Assembly (NCBI GenBank): GCA_944363525.1
Contig: CALVUF010000003.1
Coordinates: 173,776-237,775 of the forward strand
Length of the DNA: 64,000 nucleotides
Direction of reading: 5' to 3'
From: an uncultured Bacilli bacterium
Lineage (GTDB): Bacteria > Bacillota_I > Bacilli_A > RFN20 > CAG-826
Part shown: positions 44,973-55,065 of the stretch, piece by piece
How the letters are laid out: each line of letters begins with the position of its first letter
Position numbering within the stretch: the first letter of the stretch is position 1
Made by a program: the position numbers and the translations under genes
The notes under the pieces: model-generated
What the model was told of the DNA's origin: nothing
Database searches by the model: none
What the model saw: the letters and a program-made list of their open reading frames with translations, nothing else

Positions 44973-47900
44973 TAATCATAAGTCGGTTCAATGAGCTCTT
45001 TCGCATTGTTGAAGGCGGCGGAATATTGCTTGTTGTCTTTATCGTAGAACCGGTCGCGGTAGAAGGAGGCGATGCTGGCGTTGGTGGTCGTGATGTTCCG
45101 ACTTGAGACCCCCGTCACCAAGCCATTGACGATGTAGTCGGAGGCGAAGACGTCTTGGTAGACGCCGTTTTCGATGTTGGTCAAAGAGCCATTGAAGCTG
45201 ACGTTAACGTTGAGGATAGAGGCGACGCTGACGGAAAGCGAGCCGGCGAAAGAGGACAAGGTCTTTCCCCCGTTATTGAGGGTTGAGGAACCGATGGTCA
45301 GGGGGAGGTCGGATAACTGGGCGACATCGCTGCTCGAACCCAACATCTGCATCGGGATGGCGGCTAAGCCCAGGTTGAAAGTCCAACTGGGGTTGCCCTT
45401 GGAATCTAGCGTTGAGCTGAAGCCTTTGAGCAGATCCTCGCCATGGATGGCCTTGGTGGTATCGATTTTTATGCCATCGATGATGCTTTGGACCAAATCC
45501 CTATACCCTAAGGTCGTTTGAAGAATATGGCCAAGGAGGTTGGCGTTGAAGTTTTCGCCTTTGATTTTGGCGGTTCGGGCGGCGGCGCTGCTGCTGAACA
45601 AAAATGATTCAACATCATATTGTTCAACATAGGCCCAGCCATCGGGATTCGCCGTATCGTTGCCATTGATGTAGTAATAAAGGTTTACGTAACGGGTCCC
45701 GCTGGTCCTGGTTAGACTGAATCCGATGTTCATCACGTTTTTCAATGGTTCATTCAACGAAAAGAACATCATGATTTCTGATCCTTGGAGACGGATGAAG
45801 GCGTCGAAGTTGGTTTTGATCTCGTCATAAACGGGCATGTCGATGGTCAGGCTTCCGGTCAGCCGGTAAGTCGAGGTATAGCCATTCTCGACCGTCGCCC
45901 CTAAAGTCAACGACCCTTCAAGGTAATCCATGAGACTGCCTAAGGTGGAGAAATCAGTGAAGGTATAAGCCGCGCCACCAAAGACCTCGGCGATTTGCTG
46001 CTTAATCTCATTCACTTCCTTCGATTCCATGTTTTCGATTCGGATATAGACGTTTTGCAGGCTTTCGGCTGATCCGATCGCGGTGCTTAACTCAATCGAA
46101 TCCAGCCCGTTTTCCCCGTAATTCAAGGCGATTTCGATCGGTTCGCTGGTGCCGAAGGCATCAGGGGAGAAACTCACCGAATCCCGGGCTTCGGAGAAGG
46201 AGGCGGCGATGATGAATTCGCTGGAGATGGCTTCAAGGAATTTAGAGTTTGTCAGCAGGTAAATAAGTCCCGAATTCATGACCGAGGAGAACATATTGGT
46301 CAGCCGTTCAAACCGGGGATCGGAGGAGGTTAGGAAGGTCTTGGCGACTTTGAAGATCGAGGCAAAGGTCGCTTCCTCCATCCGCCCATTGAGCCCATCG
46401 GCATCATTCGGATTGGTCCGGGATCCCGATTCCCCGTCCGGGATTTTTTCGGAGTTCTTCGAGTCATAATGGAAGAGCAAGGAATTCTTCTTCTCCCCTT
46501 GGGAATCGACATAGCCTTGGTCGGAATAGGACAGCTGGAGGTGGTGGTTGTTCCGATACTCGGCCTTCCGGTCATAGACGGTCAAGTTCGCCATACCTGA
46601 TTCCGATTCGACGTCAAAGGCCGCCTGTCCTTGGAAGCCGAAGCCGGTTTGCATATAGGCGAGGTCAGGGAGTTCGCTTGGAACGCTCGATTCGCTAAGT
46701 TTTCCAAAGTATCCGGTGATTTCAAAAGAGCCATTACGGGCTTCGTTAAAGGAAGCGAGCCCATCGGCTAAAGTCGGGAGGTGGGTTAAGTGGTGGTAAA
46801 GGGTAGGATCGATTGACTCCGGGGCGACGTAGTTCTCGATGGTGATGGTCCCGTCGAAGGTCAAGTTGCTGGCCCCGGCTTCCTTTAATTCAATCCGGGC
46901 TAGTTCGTTGCTTTTCCCGTCCAAGGTCAAAGCGACCTGGCCTTTTAGGCCGACTTTATCGAGGTCGAGGGTGGCGACGATCTTGTTATCTTCGTTATGA
47001 AGGGAATCGACTAAGGTGATGATCTCTTCGTAACGTCCTTCTCTTAAGGAAGCGATTAAAGAGGAATTGAGGATCGGAGAGATGAAATCATTGAGCTTTA
47101 GGAAAGCGAATAAGACGTCATAGGAGGCGGCCGCTTCGCCAAAGACATCGCCCAAGGAATTGATTAAGGCGTTGATGGTCGAAAGCTCGCTATAGGCGTT
47201 GACGACGCCGTTTAAGCTTAGATAGGCGTTATCGTCGACTAAATCGATTTGCAAGGATTGGCTATGGTTATTGCAACTAGTCGAAGCGGCGATGCTTAAG
47301 CCTTTTAAGTTCCCGCCGCCGACATCGACTGAGGAATCAAGCTTCATGATGGCCGTCTCCTCGATGGCGGGCCTCGCAAACCCATAATCACCTCCGTCAT
47401 AGGCTTCTTCGCTATGTTTGACGGTGACGCCATCTTCGCCGGTAGAGAGGTTGAACTGGGGCGCGACCGCCAGGAGGGCGATCTTTTTGAATAATTCTAA
47501 GGAATCGTTGAGTTCAGGATATTCTAAGGCGGCTGGATCGACGGCGAAGTTGGCCTTCCGATCCGTCAAGGTGGCATTTAAGGAATAACCGATGCCATCG
47601 TTAACGAAATAACTATCGGTATTGGGCAGGTTAATGGCTTCTAAAATCCCATTCCCGACTAAACCAATCGGCAGGGTCATCTCCCCTAAGGGGAGTTCCC
47701 AAAGGTAATGGGCGTTGTCATCGTAAGCCGGGTCGAGGCTGATGTTATTTAGCGATTCTAAGACCGCCATCGCATCGATTGGCGAGGTCTTTGATTGAGA
47801 GACCTGGTACTGATAGCCTCCATCGGTGATGGCGTTAAGAATGGTGTCGATGCAGTAATCGAGCATCCCATAATCGTAATAGATGATGCCCCCGGTCAAT

Positions 47901-48379
47901 TCGTCTTCGACTGGGCCGTTCTCATCGGTCACGTCCATTGAAGACAAGGAGACTTTATAGGATAGTTCAACCTCGTCATAACGGGTGGGATCGGTCAATT
48001 GGACATAGAGCCAATCGTTATGAAGGTTCAAAGTTAGGTTGAGCGATTGCTCGTTATAGGTTAATGGCAAGTCGGCGAATAGCGATATGCCGTGCATCGA
48101 GAAGGAAGAAATGGCAAGATCAAGCCGCCCATCGTTGATCTTAATGACGTTATCGACGCCTCCGAGATCGATGGCTCCTTGGATATCAAGACTCAACCCT
48201 TCGGCGAGCGAGGAAAGCAATTGCTGGGGGAAAGAGGGCGCGTTCAAAGTGGGTTCATTGGTCGCGTCGGTGCTTTCTTCCGGCTGGGCCGTCGCTTTAT
48301 TCTTTGGCGAATAGGAAGCGAGGAGCAGGGAAGGGAAGAGAAACAACGGGAGGATATGGGAATAAACCCTTTTACCCAT
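44969..48379 (-). CDS. Giant (1136 aa) membrane-anchored or secreted beta-rich protein, paralog A
   Basis: N-terminal signal/TM LPLFLFPSLLLASYS. Long runs of alternating hydrophobic residues (LNLTLNL, LDLAISSF). It shares motifs with paralog B. Confidence 0.85.
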   Translation of the reverse strand: MGKRVYSHILPLFLFPSLLLASYSPKNKATAQPEESTDATNEPTLNAPSFPQQLLSSLAEGLSLDIQGAIDLGGVDNVIKINDGRLDLAISSFSMHGISLFADLPLTYNEQSLNLTLNLHNDWLYVQLTDPTRYDEVELSYKVSLSSMDVTDENGPVEDELTGGIIYYDYGMLDYCIDTILNAITDGGYQYQVSQSKTSPIDAMAVLESLNNISLDPAYDDNAHYLWELPLGEMTLPIGLVGNGILEAINLPNTDSYFVNDGIGYSLNATLTDRKANFAVDPAALEYPELNDSLELFKKIALLAVAPQFNLSTGEDGVTVKHSEEAYDGGDYGFARPAIEETAIMKLDSSVDVGGGNLKGLSIAASTSCNNHSQSLQIDLVDDNAYLSLNGVVNAYSELSTINALINSLGDVFGEAAASYDVLFAFLKLNDFISPILNSSLIASLREGRYEEIITLVDSLHNEDNKIVATLDLDKVGLKGQVALTLDGKSNELARIELKEAGASNLTFDGTITIENYVAPESIDPTLYHHLTHLPTLADGLASFNEARNGSFEITGYFGKLSESSVPSELPDLAYMQTGFGFQGQAAFDVESESGMANLTVYDRKAEYRNNHHLQLSYSDQGYVDSQGEKKNSLLFHYDSKNSEKIPDGESGSRTNPNDADGLNGRMEEATFASIFKVAKTFLTSSDPRFERLTNMFSSVMNSGLIYLLTNSKFLEAISSEFIIAASFSEARDSVSFSPDAFGTSEPIEIALNYGENGLDSIELSTAIGSAESLQNVYIRIENMESKEVNEIKQQIAEVFGGAAYTFTDFSTLGSLMDYLEGSLTLGATVENGYTSTYRLTGSLTIDMPVYDEIKTNFDAFIRLQGSEIMMFFSLNEPLKNVMNIGFSLTRTSGTRYVNLYYYINGNDTANPDGWAYVEQYDVESFLFSSSAAARTAKIKGENFNANLLGHILQTTLGYRDLVQSIIDGIKIDTTKAIHGEDLLKGFSSTLDSKGNPSWTFNLGLAAIPMQMLGSSSDVAQLSDLPLTIGSSTLNNGGKTLSSFAGSLSVSVASILNVNVSFNGSLTNIENGVYQDVFASDYIVNGLVTGVSSRNITTTNASIASFYRDRFYDKDNKQYSAAFNNAKELIEPTYDY

Positions 48380-48382
48380 CGC

Positions 48383-51300
48383 TTACTCCTGACTTAGATA
48401 GTAATTGCCGGCCGGCCCATCCTTATGGGTGAACTTCTCGGTGGCGAAGGCGGAAGAAACGTCTTTTCCCTTTTCATCGATGAAGTAGGTGCGGTAGGCG
48501 TTTTCACAGAAAGCAAAGCCATCGGCGTAAACTCCGTTGGCGAGGTTATTGAGTTTGGCTTCTAAAGCGATCGAGCAGACGCTTAATTCGCCCTTTAAAG
48601 CCAATCCGGCGTCAAGGCTGATCCGTTCGATCGCATGGAACTTGGTGTCGGCGCTCGAGGCGTTGGTCCCGTAGATTCCGAGGTTCATATCGCCTAAGAA
48701 TCCAAACCCGGTCAATTCGCCTAAATCCAATCCCATTTCCAGATAGGGGGCGGAATCGGCTTCCCCTAAGACGAACTTATTCAAGATGTCTTCGGGATGG
48801 ATGGCCGGCAGCTCGAAGGCAGTGGGTTCGCTTTCGGTGGCGACGGTCTCTTGTTCAAAGAAGGACTCGTTGATGCCGAGGAGGTATTTAAGTAGGTACC
48901 CCGGGATATCGGAAAGGAAGGTCGCCCCGTCAAGTCGGAGGGCGTCTTTGACGTTGCGGAGCCGCCCATAGCTGGAATCGCGGGTCATTAGCACTTCGCC
49001 CTCGGGATCGATCCCATCGGCATAGTAATAGAAGGCGACGTCGCGGGTCCCTAAGTATTCCTGGGGCCGGAAGTAATGGATATCCTCCGGGGCGTTGATC
49101 CCTTTGACTAAGGGCATGTCCTTGATCTCGGCGTAAAGCATGGTTTTCGCCCCTTCTAACCGAGCCCCGAGTTTGAGTTTGAGGGCGTTGAACTCGTATT
49201 GGCCGAGGACGATATCGAGGTTGGCCTCGACTTCATAGGTCGAAACCCCGAAGTTATCTTTGGCCCCTAAGGTCAAGGTATCGAGGAAGTAGCTCGAAAG
49301 GTTGGCTAAGCCACCGAGGTCGGTGAATTGATCTTCGGAGATAGAGGATAAGTAGGAAAGGTTCTCGGCGCTGGCTTTGGTGTCTTTTAAACTGATGGTG
49401 AGGTTGAAATCCTCGTTGGCGATCTGACCTAAGATCGATAAAGAGGAGAAACCGCCTTCGGTGAATTCGCTCCCTTCCTGGGGCGCGGCCTCATAGGCGA
49501 TCGTGATGGTGACTTCCCCTTCTAAGCCGAGGGAAGAGCCATCTAAGACGAAGACGTGGTTATCGCCTGCAACCGAGGCTGACTTAATGACGTGGAGGCG
49601 GAGGAGATCGAAATACTGGCCTTTGGTCAAAGAGCCGAGCAAGGAAGAGGAGGTCTCGGGGGCTAGGCTGGCGAAGAGCCGGTTGAAGCGGTGTTCCAAC
49701 TTGTCTAAGCCCATAAGCGAATCCATTAAGGGGGATAAGGAATCGATATTCATCTTGCCCCGTAATGGAGTGGTGTTCTTCGGGTTGTTGGCATTCCCTT
49801 CCTTATAGGAGGAATAGGAGAGGCGGGCTTGGTCTAACTTGCCAGCTTCGTCGGAGGATAAATCGGCTAAAACGGTGTGGGTATTGCGGGAATTTTCCTC
49901 CCCGGCGGTGATTTCCATCTTCAAGGCCCCTGCCGCTTGATTTAGGTCAAAGGCCAGGGTCCCGTTGGCTTCGATTTCCCCCAAGCTCAAGTTGAGGCCG
50001 AGGGTCGCCTGCTTGGAGTTCGCGATGGCTTCGACTTGCTCGGCCACCCCGACTAAATGGGTGAGTTCCTGGTATTGGGCTTTGGCTTCCTCGTCTAAAG
50101 ACGGGGCTTTGAAAGCGGTCGTCTTCAAAGACCCATCGAAAGTGAAGGAAGCGAATTTGATGCTGTTAAAATCGATGTTAAGCAAGGACTTCCCTTCGTT
50201 GCCGTCCAAGGTCAAGGTGAGCCCCCCTTCGATGCCAATCGGCTCTAGGGTGATCTCGACTTTGATGAGGTTGTTATCGTTTTTGATGCTCTTTAATAGA
50301 TTGAGGGCGGCTTCGTAATGGCCGTCTTGGAGGCCGGCCGCCAAATCCCCTTGGAGGTAATTGGTGATGGCGGAGACGACGCTTCCGGTCATATCCATCT
50401 GTGACTCGGTGATAGCCCCGTCTTTGTCGGAAGCTAAAGCGTCTTTTATCTTGCCAAGCAATTCATCGTTGGTGACTTTGCTGGTTTTGGCTTTCAAGAC
50501 GTTATTGACGTTAAGATAGGCCTCCCCATCGAGGATATGGGTCGAAAGGGTCTGACTGGCAGATTCATCGTCATTGACGTAGAGGCCAAGATTGGCTTCG
50601 GCCGAGCGGAAGACCCGTTTATCCATGTCGACCTGGCCATTTAAGGCTAAGGTCGCCTTTTCGTCGATCGCGTCTTTCCCGACGACTAGAGTCGAGGCTT
50701 CGATCGCCTCTTCCTGGTGGGTTAAGGAGGCGTTGAGCTCAAAGCCGAACTGCGGATGGGCGACCATCCCGGCTAAGCCGCGGAATAAGCCCATCGAATC
50801 CTCAAGCCGTTTATACTCTTCTTTCGGATAGGGCAAAGACCAATTGATGGTCCCGGCTGAGGAGACGGTGGCCGAAAGGTCGAGAGTCAAGTCATTGCCT
50901 AAGGAAACCGACCCATCGGTATAAGGCAGGTCGATGCCGGTGAGGTTATAGGCGGCATCGGTCTTTAAGCCAATCGGCAAGGATAATCCGGCGATTTCCA
51001 AATCCCATTGGAAGTAGGGGGAACCGCCGACGGTGGTTTCTTTCATCGCGTCCATCGAGGCGAGGATGGCGTTGACGTCGAGGGCGGAACCCGTGGATTC
51101 GCTTGAGCCAGCCAGGGCATCGCCAATCGAAGGGAAGGAGACGTTGATGTCGCCATCGCTTAGGATCGAGAGGATATCCTCGATGACCCAGTCGAGCTTG
51201 CCGTATTCGTATTGGAGGATGCCGCCGGTGGTCGGATCCTCTTGGGGATTGCCATCGGAATCCAAGATATCCTCAGAGGCGGTTGAGACTTTGTATTTGA

Positions 51301-51754
51301 AATCGTAATTGGTCCCATCGTCTTGTTTATTGGAGATGGAGAAATAGATATTGTCGTCGAGCAAGGCCAATTCGAGGGACCGTTGCTTGGAATTGTAATC
51401 GACCGGGGCTTCGATGGTTAAATCGATGCCATGGAGGTTTAAAGCCCCGAGGGCTAAGTTGACCTTGGCCCCGTCGAACTTCAAGGTGTTTTTCTCATTT
51501 AAGGATAAGGTCGCCTGATCGAGGGTCAAGGAAAGTCCATCGCCCATCGCTTGGTCGAGGAGGGAGTTGATCAGGATGTCCTTATGGGTTTGCTGGCTCG
51601 GGGTCGACGGGGTGGAAGGGTTGGGATTCGAATCACCATCGACGACGGTTTCGACTTTTTGGGGCATCAGGTAGTAGGTAACCCCGGTCGAGACGCCGAA
51701 GAAGGCGAGGAAGAAGAGCCCGCTGACGAGCAGGGATTTGGTTTTAGCTTGCAT
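48383..51754 (-). CDS. Giant (1123 aa) membrane-anchored beta-rich protein, paralog B
   Basis: N-terminal TM LLVSGLFFLAFFGV. Segment DILDSDGNPQEDPTTGGILQYEYGKLDWVIEDILSILSDGD aligns with paralog A segment DVTDENGPVEDELTGGIIYYDYGMLDYCIDTILNAITDGG. It lies 3 nt upstream of paralog A. Confidence 0.85.
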   Translation of the reverse strand: MQAKTKSLLVSGLFFLAFFGVSTGVTYYLMPQKVETVVDGDSNPNPSTPSTPSQQTHKDILINSLLDQAMGDGLSLTLDQATLSLNEKNTLKFDGAKVNLALGALNLHGIDLTIEAPVDYNSKQRSLELALLDDNIYFSISNKQDDGTNYDFKYKVSTASEDILDSDGNPQEDPTTGGILQYEYGKLDWVIEDILSILSDGDINVSFPSIGDALAGSSESTGSALDVNAILASMDAMKETTVGGSPYFQWDLEIAGLSLPIGLKTDAAYNLTGIDLPYTDGSVSLGNDLTLDLSATVSSAGTINWSLPYPKEEYKRLEDSMGLFRGLAGMVAHPQFGFELNASLTHQEEAIEASTLVVGKDAIDEKATLALNGQVDMDKRVFRSAEANLGLYVNDDESASQTLSTHILDGEAYLNVNNVLKAKTSKVTNDELLGKIKDALASDKDGAITESQMDMTGSVVSAITNYLQGDLAAGLQDGHYEAALNLLKSIKNDNNLIKVEITLEPIGIEGGLTLTLDGNEGKSLLNIDFNSIKFASFTFDGSLKTTAFKAPSLDEEAKAQYQELTHLVGVAEQVEAIANSKQATLGLNLSLGEIEANGTLAFDLNQAAGALKMEITAGEENSRNTHTVLADLSSDEAGKLDQARLSYSSYKEGNANNPKNTTPLRGKMNIDSLSPLMDSLMGLDKLEHRFNRLFASLAPETSSSLLGSLTKGQYFDLLRLHVIKSASVAGDNHVFVLDGSSLGLEGEVTITIAYEAAPQEGSEFTEGGFSSLSILGQIANEDFNLTISLKDTKASAENLSYLSSISEDQFTDLGGLANLSSYFLDTLTLGAKDNFGVSTYEVEANLDIVLGQYEFNALKLKLGARLEGAKTMLYAEIKDMPLVKGINAPEDIHYFRPQEYLGTRDVAFYYYADGIDPEGEVLMTRDSSYGRLRNVKDALRLDGATFLSDIPGYLLKYLLGINESFFEQETVATESEPTAFELPAIHPEDILNKFVLGEADSAPYLEMGLDLGELTGFGFLGDMNLGIYGTNASSADTKFHAIERISLDAGLALKGELSVCSIALEAKLNNLANGVYADGFAFCENAYRTYFIDEKGKDVSSAFATEKFTHKDGPAGNYYLSQE

Positions 51755-51769
51755 GGATATCGCCTCCGA

Positions 51770-52726
51770 TTAAGCTTCGTAAGCTGAGTAATCGATCGAT
51801 TCGGATAAGGAAGGGATGCTGACTTCCTTAGTCGAATAATGGGTGGTGAGGGAGCCGGTGCATTTGGATTTGATGAACCCCATGTCGGCTTGGTAACGTT
51901 CATGGGTGGTCATGGAAATCAGATTGAGGTCAGCATCGGTGACGACGGTCAGGTGGCAATACTCGAAGACCGGGTAGCTCTTTAAGCCGGAGATGGTCTT
52001 CATCTGCTTTTGATAATTGGCGATGCCGGGCATGACGTCGTTTTCGATCTTCATCTCGATCTCGATGGTGTAGCCATTGCCGTTATCGTAGATCCCGGTT
52101 TCCTTTTGCCCGGAGATGGTGGCGCCTTCCATGATGGTGGAAGGGGAGACGATGTAAATAAGCGGATCGGAGACGGTCCGGCCCATCAATTCGGCATAGG
52201 CCTCATTGGTCATGGTTTCCTCGGGATGGGAAGCGTAATCATCATCGGAACCCCAATAGGTTTTGGTGGATTCCCCTTCTTCATACATCCGGTTATAAAT
52301 ATTGACGATGCCGAGGGAGTTCGATTCCTCGAAATACTCCTCGCCGTTTTTGATTGAGCAGGATTGGATGGTTTGCTTGGCGATGCCGGCATCGGATAGG
52401 CCGACCCCGATGGCTTTGCCGTATTCGGCGTCTTCATAGAAGGAGTAGGCTAGGTTGACCGCTTCATCGGCGGTTAAGGCGTCTTTAAAGGAGGTGCCGT
52501 CTTCTTTGGCACCATTGTATTTGGCTTTTGCTTCCATCAAGTAGGCGTCGCCGACTTGATAGGAGTCGCCATTGGCCACGTGCTGGACGAGCGGTTGCTT
52601 GAAGGCGCAGGCGCCGGCGAAGCCCGCCCCGGCCCCGAGGACGACCGCGAAGGCTCCAAGCATCGAGTAACGGAAGCCTTTCCGTTGGGTGAGTTTCTTT
52701 TTGTTTTGCTTGTTGGTGGTGTTCAT
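51770..52726 (-). CDS. Membrane-anchored or secreted protein (318 aa), first gene of the giant-protein operon
   Basis: Basic N-terminus followed by a hydrophobic helix (MLGAFAVVLGAGAGFAGACAF). It ends 16 nt upstream of paralog B. Confidence 0.65.
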   Translation of the reverse strand: MNTTNKQNKKKLTQRKGFRYSMLGAFAVVLGAGAGFAGACAFKQPLVQHVANGDSYQVGDAYLMEAKAKYNGAKEDGTSFKDALTADEAVNLAYSFYEDAEYGKAIGVGLSDAGIAKQTIQSCSIKNGEEYFEESNSLGIVNIYNRMYEEGESTKTYWGSDDDYASHPEETMTNEAYAELMGRTVSDPLIYIVSPSTIMEGATISGQKETGIYDNGNGYTIEIEMKIENDVMPGIANYQKQMKTISGLKSYPVFEYCHLTVVTDADLNLISMTTHERYQADMGFIKSKCTGSLTTHYSTKEVSIPSLSESIDYSAYEA

Positions 52727-53128
52727 TTACTTTCCTGCCGAGCGTCATTCTATAGAATGGGGGCCAGTTAGCACTCTATTTCCGCCTTTCCGGCTTGTAG
52801 ATAGCCGTTCTCTATATTGGAGAAATCTGAATTTATCCGATGGTTAGTAGGGAAATTAACCATGTAACAAATGTAAGAGAATTCGAAAATGTTAGAAAAT
52901 AGCCATCTCGTTTTAATAACTAGATGTCATAAGGAGAAGAAAAAATCAGCCCTTCATCGGAGGTTAAGCAAGTAATGGACAAAACGGCCGAAATGTTTAT
53001 TAACTCCGTTGGAAAACCATTAATATCTACCGGTTTTGCGTCTACTTCTGTTATGAAATATCCGCCTTTTGGTGGCGTTTTTGCGACTTCTATATCGCAA
53101 AATCTACTTATTTAATCGGTTTTTGCCG

Positions 53129-54313
53129 TCAATTCACTTTCGTTTCCAAGAAGCCGAATAAGTCCTCTACTTGCTGGAATCCGCCGTAATAGACGTCGCT
53201 CATGTCGTCTGATCGATCGGGATTGGAGTAGAAATCGACGCCCAAGAAGGTCTTAGTTATCTCGTTGAACTTCGCTTCCAGATCGATGTCTTGGTATTGC
53301 TCAGGATAGCAAGTGGCCCCGACCCAGTAGGCGTCGCAATAGGCGATCTCCAAGTTGGTGTAATAGGAGTTGTACGGCATCTGAAGGTAGACCTCGCCTT
53401 CTTCGACGGCCTTAATACTCGAAAGGATTTCTTTCTTCTCCTCGCTAGCTAGGTCGCCTTTTAAGATGGCGAGGCTGCTGGCATCAAGAAACACCTTGTC
53501 GGGGGAATCGAGAATCAAGTCCTCTAAGTTGACGTTGCCTTGATAACCGGTGAGCCCTCTCTCGTCAAGGACATTGGTGACCCCGGCCGCGTCGAAAATC
53601 GAATACTGGGCGGTCGAGGATTCAAACGACTTCAACCCATAACGGGCTTGGCCGGCCAAATAGGCCCGAACCCGTTCGGAGTCGGGGATGTCTTTCTGCC
53701 GGGCTTGGAGGTCGGCGTATATCCCCTCGATATAGGCCACCAGTTCGTTGGCCCTTTCTTCTTTGTCCAAAGCCTGGCCAAGGATCTTTAATGAGTCATA
53801 AAGGGTTTGATCGAAGGCTTCGGTCTCCCCATAGGAAAGGGTCACCACCGGTACCCCTAAATCTGATTGCAAAGTATCCATTCCGAGCTTATCGGTGTCA
53901 TAAGCCGAGATGATCAAGTCGGGACGACATGATAGGATGGCCTCTTCCTCGACTACCTGGGCTTTGGGGCCGCCGGTGCCGCAAGATGGGAGATCGGTCC
54001 AGTTATGGCCAAAGACTTTTTGATAAGGCCTGAGGGCATAAGGGGAATTAAGATAACCGAAAGCCCCATCGTCGCCGGAATCGACTTCGATCCGTTCAAC
54101 CCCGGCGAGTTTGTCTTGGTCCCCGATATAGGAATAAAGGCGTAAGGCCCCGGCCCCGATGCAGACAATCCGTTTGGCCTCGCCTGGCACTAGGCTCACT
54201 TCTCGACCTAAGGCATCGATGATGGTGATTTGGTTAGGATTGCTGCTTATTCCCGGATTAGTCCGGCATCCAGTAAGTAGAAGAACGTTGAGAATAAGTA
54301 ATGGTTTTTTCAT
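53129..54313 (-). CDS. ABC importer substrate-binding lipoprotein (Fe-siderophore/cobalamin type, FecB/FhuD/BtuF-like)
   Basis: Lipobox LLLTGC. Two-lobed periplasmic binding protein pattern. It sits in an operon with a FecCD permease and a FecE ATPase. Confidence 0.75.
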   Translation of the reverse strand: MKKPLLILNVLLLTGCRTNPGISSNPNQITIIDALGREVSLVPGEAKRIVCIGAGALRLYSYIGDQDKLAGVERIEVDSGDDGAFGYLNSPYALRPYQKVFGHNWTDLPSCGTGGPKAQVVEEEAILSCRPDLIISAYDTDKLGMDTLQSDLGVPVVTLSYGETEAFDQTLYDSLKILGQALDKEERANELVAYIEGIYADLQARQKDIPDSERVRAYLAGQARYGLKSFESSTAQYSIFDAAGVTNVLDERGLTGYQGNVNLEDLILDSPDKVFLDASSLAILKGDLASEEKKEILSSIKAVEEGEVYLQMPYNSYYTNLEIAYCDAYWVGATCYPEQYQDIDLEAKFNEITKTFLGVDFYSNPDRSDDMSDVYYGGFQQVEDLFGFLETKVN

Positions 54314-55065
54314 AAGTATGAGACGAAGAGCTCGCCATCGAGGAGTTTGATCTTCAGATCGACCCCGTAGGCTCGCTGCAACACTTCCTCCGTTAATGAT
54401 TGTTTGTTTGGGATATGGATTAACCTTTCTTCGATTAAGAGATAGAACTCATCGGCCAATCGATAGGCCAATTCGATGTCATGGAGGCAAGCGAGGATGG
54501 CTTTGCCTTTGCTGGCCTCTTCTTTCAATATCCCCATCACCTCTTTGGTGGCTTTCACATCCAAGGCTGAAGTCGGCTCATCAAGCAACATTATGTTGGC
54601 ATCGTTAACCAAGGCTCGGGCTAAGGCGACTTTCTGTTTCTCCCCTCCCGATAGATGGGAGGCATCTTGATAGGCGAGTGATTGCAGGCTCAATCTTGAT
54701 ATGGCTTCCTCGGCTTTCTTTAGATCCGCTGGTTTATAGATGTGAGGGGAATAAGGCAAGCGACCCATCAAGATGGCGTCGATGACTGGGCTATTGGCGA
54801 AACTCGGGCTTTGGGGGACATAAGCGATTTGCTTGGCCAATTGGCTTCGTTTTATCTGCCGATAATCCTGACCATCCAGTGTTATTGTCCCAAGATTCGG
54901 CTTTAGCAATCCCAGCAATAGGCGAAGGATGGTGGTCTTACCCGCCCCGTTATTGCCAAGCAAGACGGCGATTCGGCCGGGCTTAAGCTCTAGCGAGGCT
55001 TGCTTAAGGATCGGCTTCTCCTTTTTCGAGTAGGCGAAATCGATATTGGTGAATACTAAACTCAT
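54310..55065 (-). CDS. ABC importer ATP-binding protein (FecE/FepC-like)
   Basis: Walker A is GNNGAGKTT, the signature is LSGGEKQK and Walker B is MLLDEPTSALD. Confidence 0.9.
   Translation of the reverse strand: MSLVFTNIDFAYSKKEKPILKQASLELKPGRIAVLLGNNGAGKTTILRLLLGLLKPNLGTITLDGQDYRQIKRSQLAKQIAYVPQSPSFANSPVIDAILMGRLPYSPHIYKPADLKKAEEAISRLSLQSLAYQDASHLSGGEKQKVALARALVNDANIMLLDEPTSALDVKATKEVMGILKEEASKGKAILACLHDIELAYRLADEFYLLIEERLIHIPNKQSLTEEVLQRAYGVDLKIKLLDGELFVSYL

Noticed and set aside
44969-51754. Considered calling the giant paralogs polymorphic toxins (RHS/YD-repeat) or LPxTG adhesins.
   Set aside because: There are no YD repeats, no C-terminal toxin or immunity pair and no LPxTG or sortase signal. 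Architecture favours N-terminally anchored beta-rich structural proteins.
52975-53115. 46-codon ORF (MDKTAEMFINSVGKPLISTGFASTSVMKYPPFGGVFATSISQNLLI) with GGAGG-N11-ATG, lying in the AT-rich intergenic region upstream of the giant-protein operon.
   Set aside because: Its composition matches the AT-rich non-coding spacer, and ORFs of this length arise by chance in AT-rich DNA. It remains a possible small protein, but there is insufficient support without expression data.
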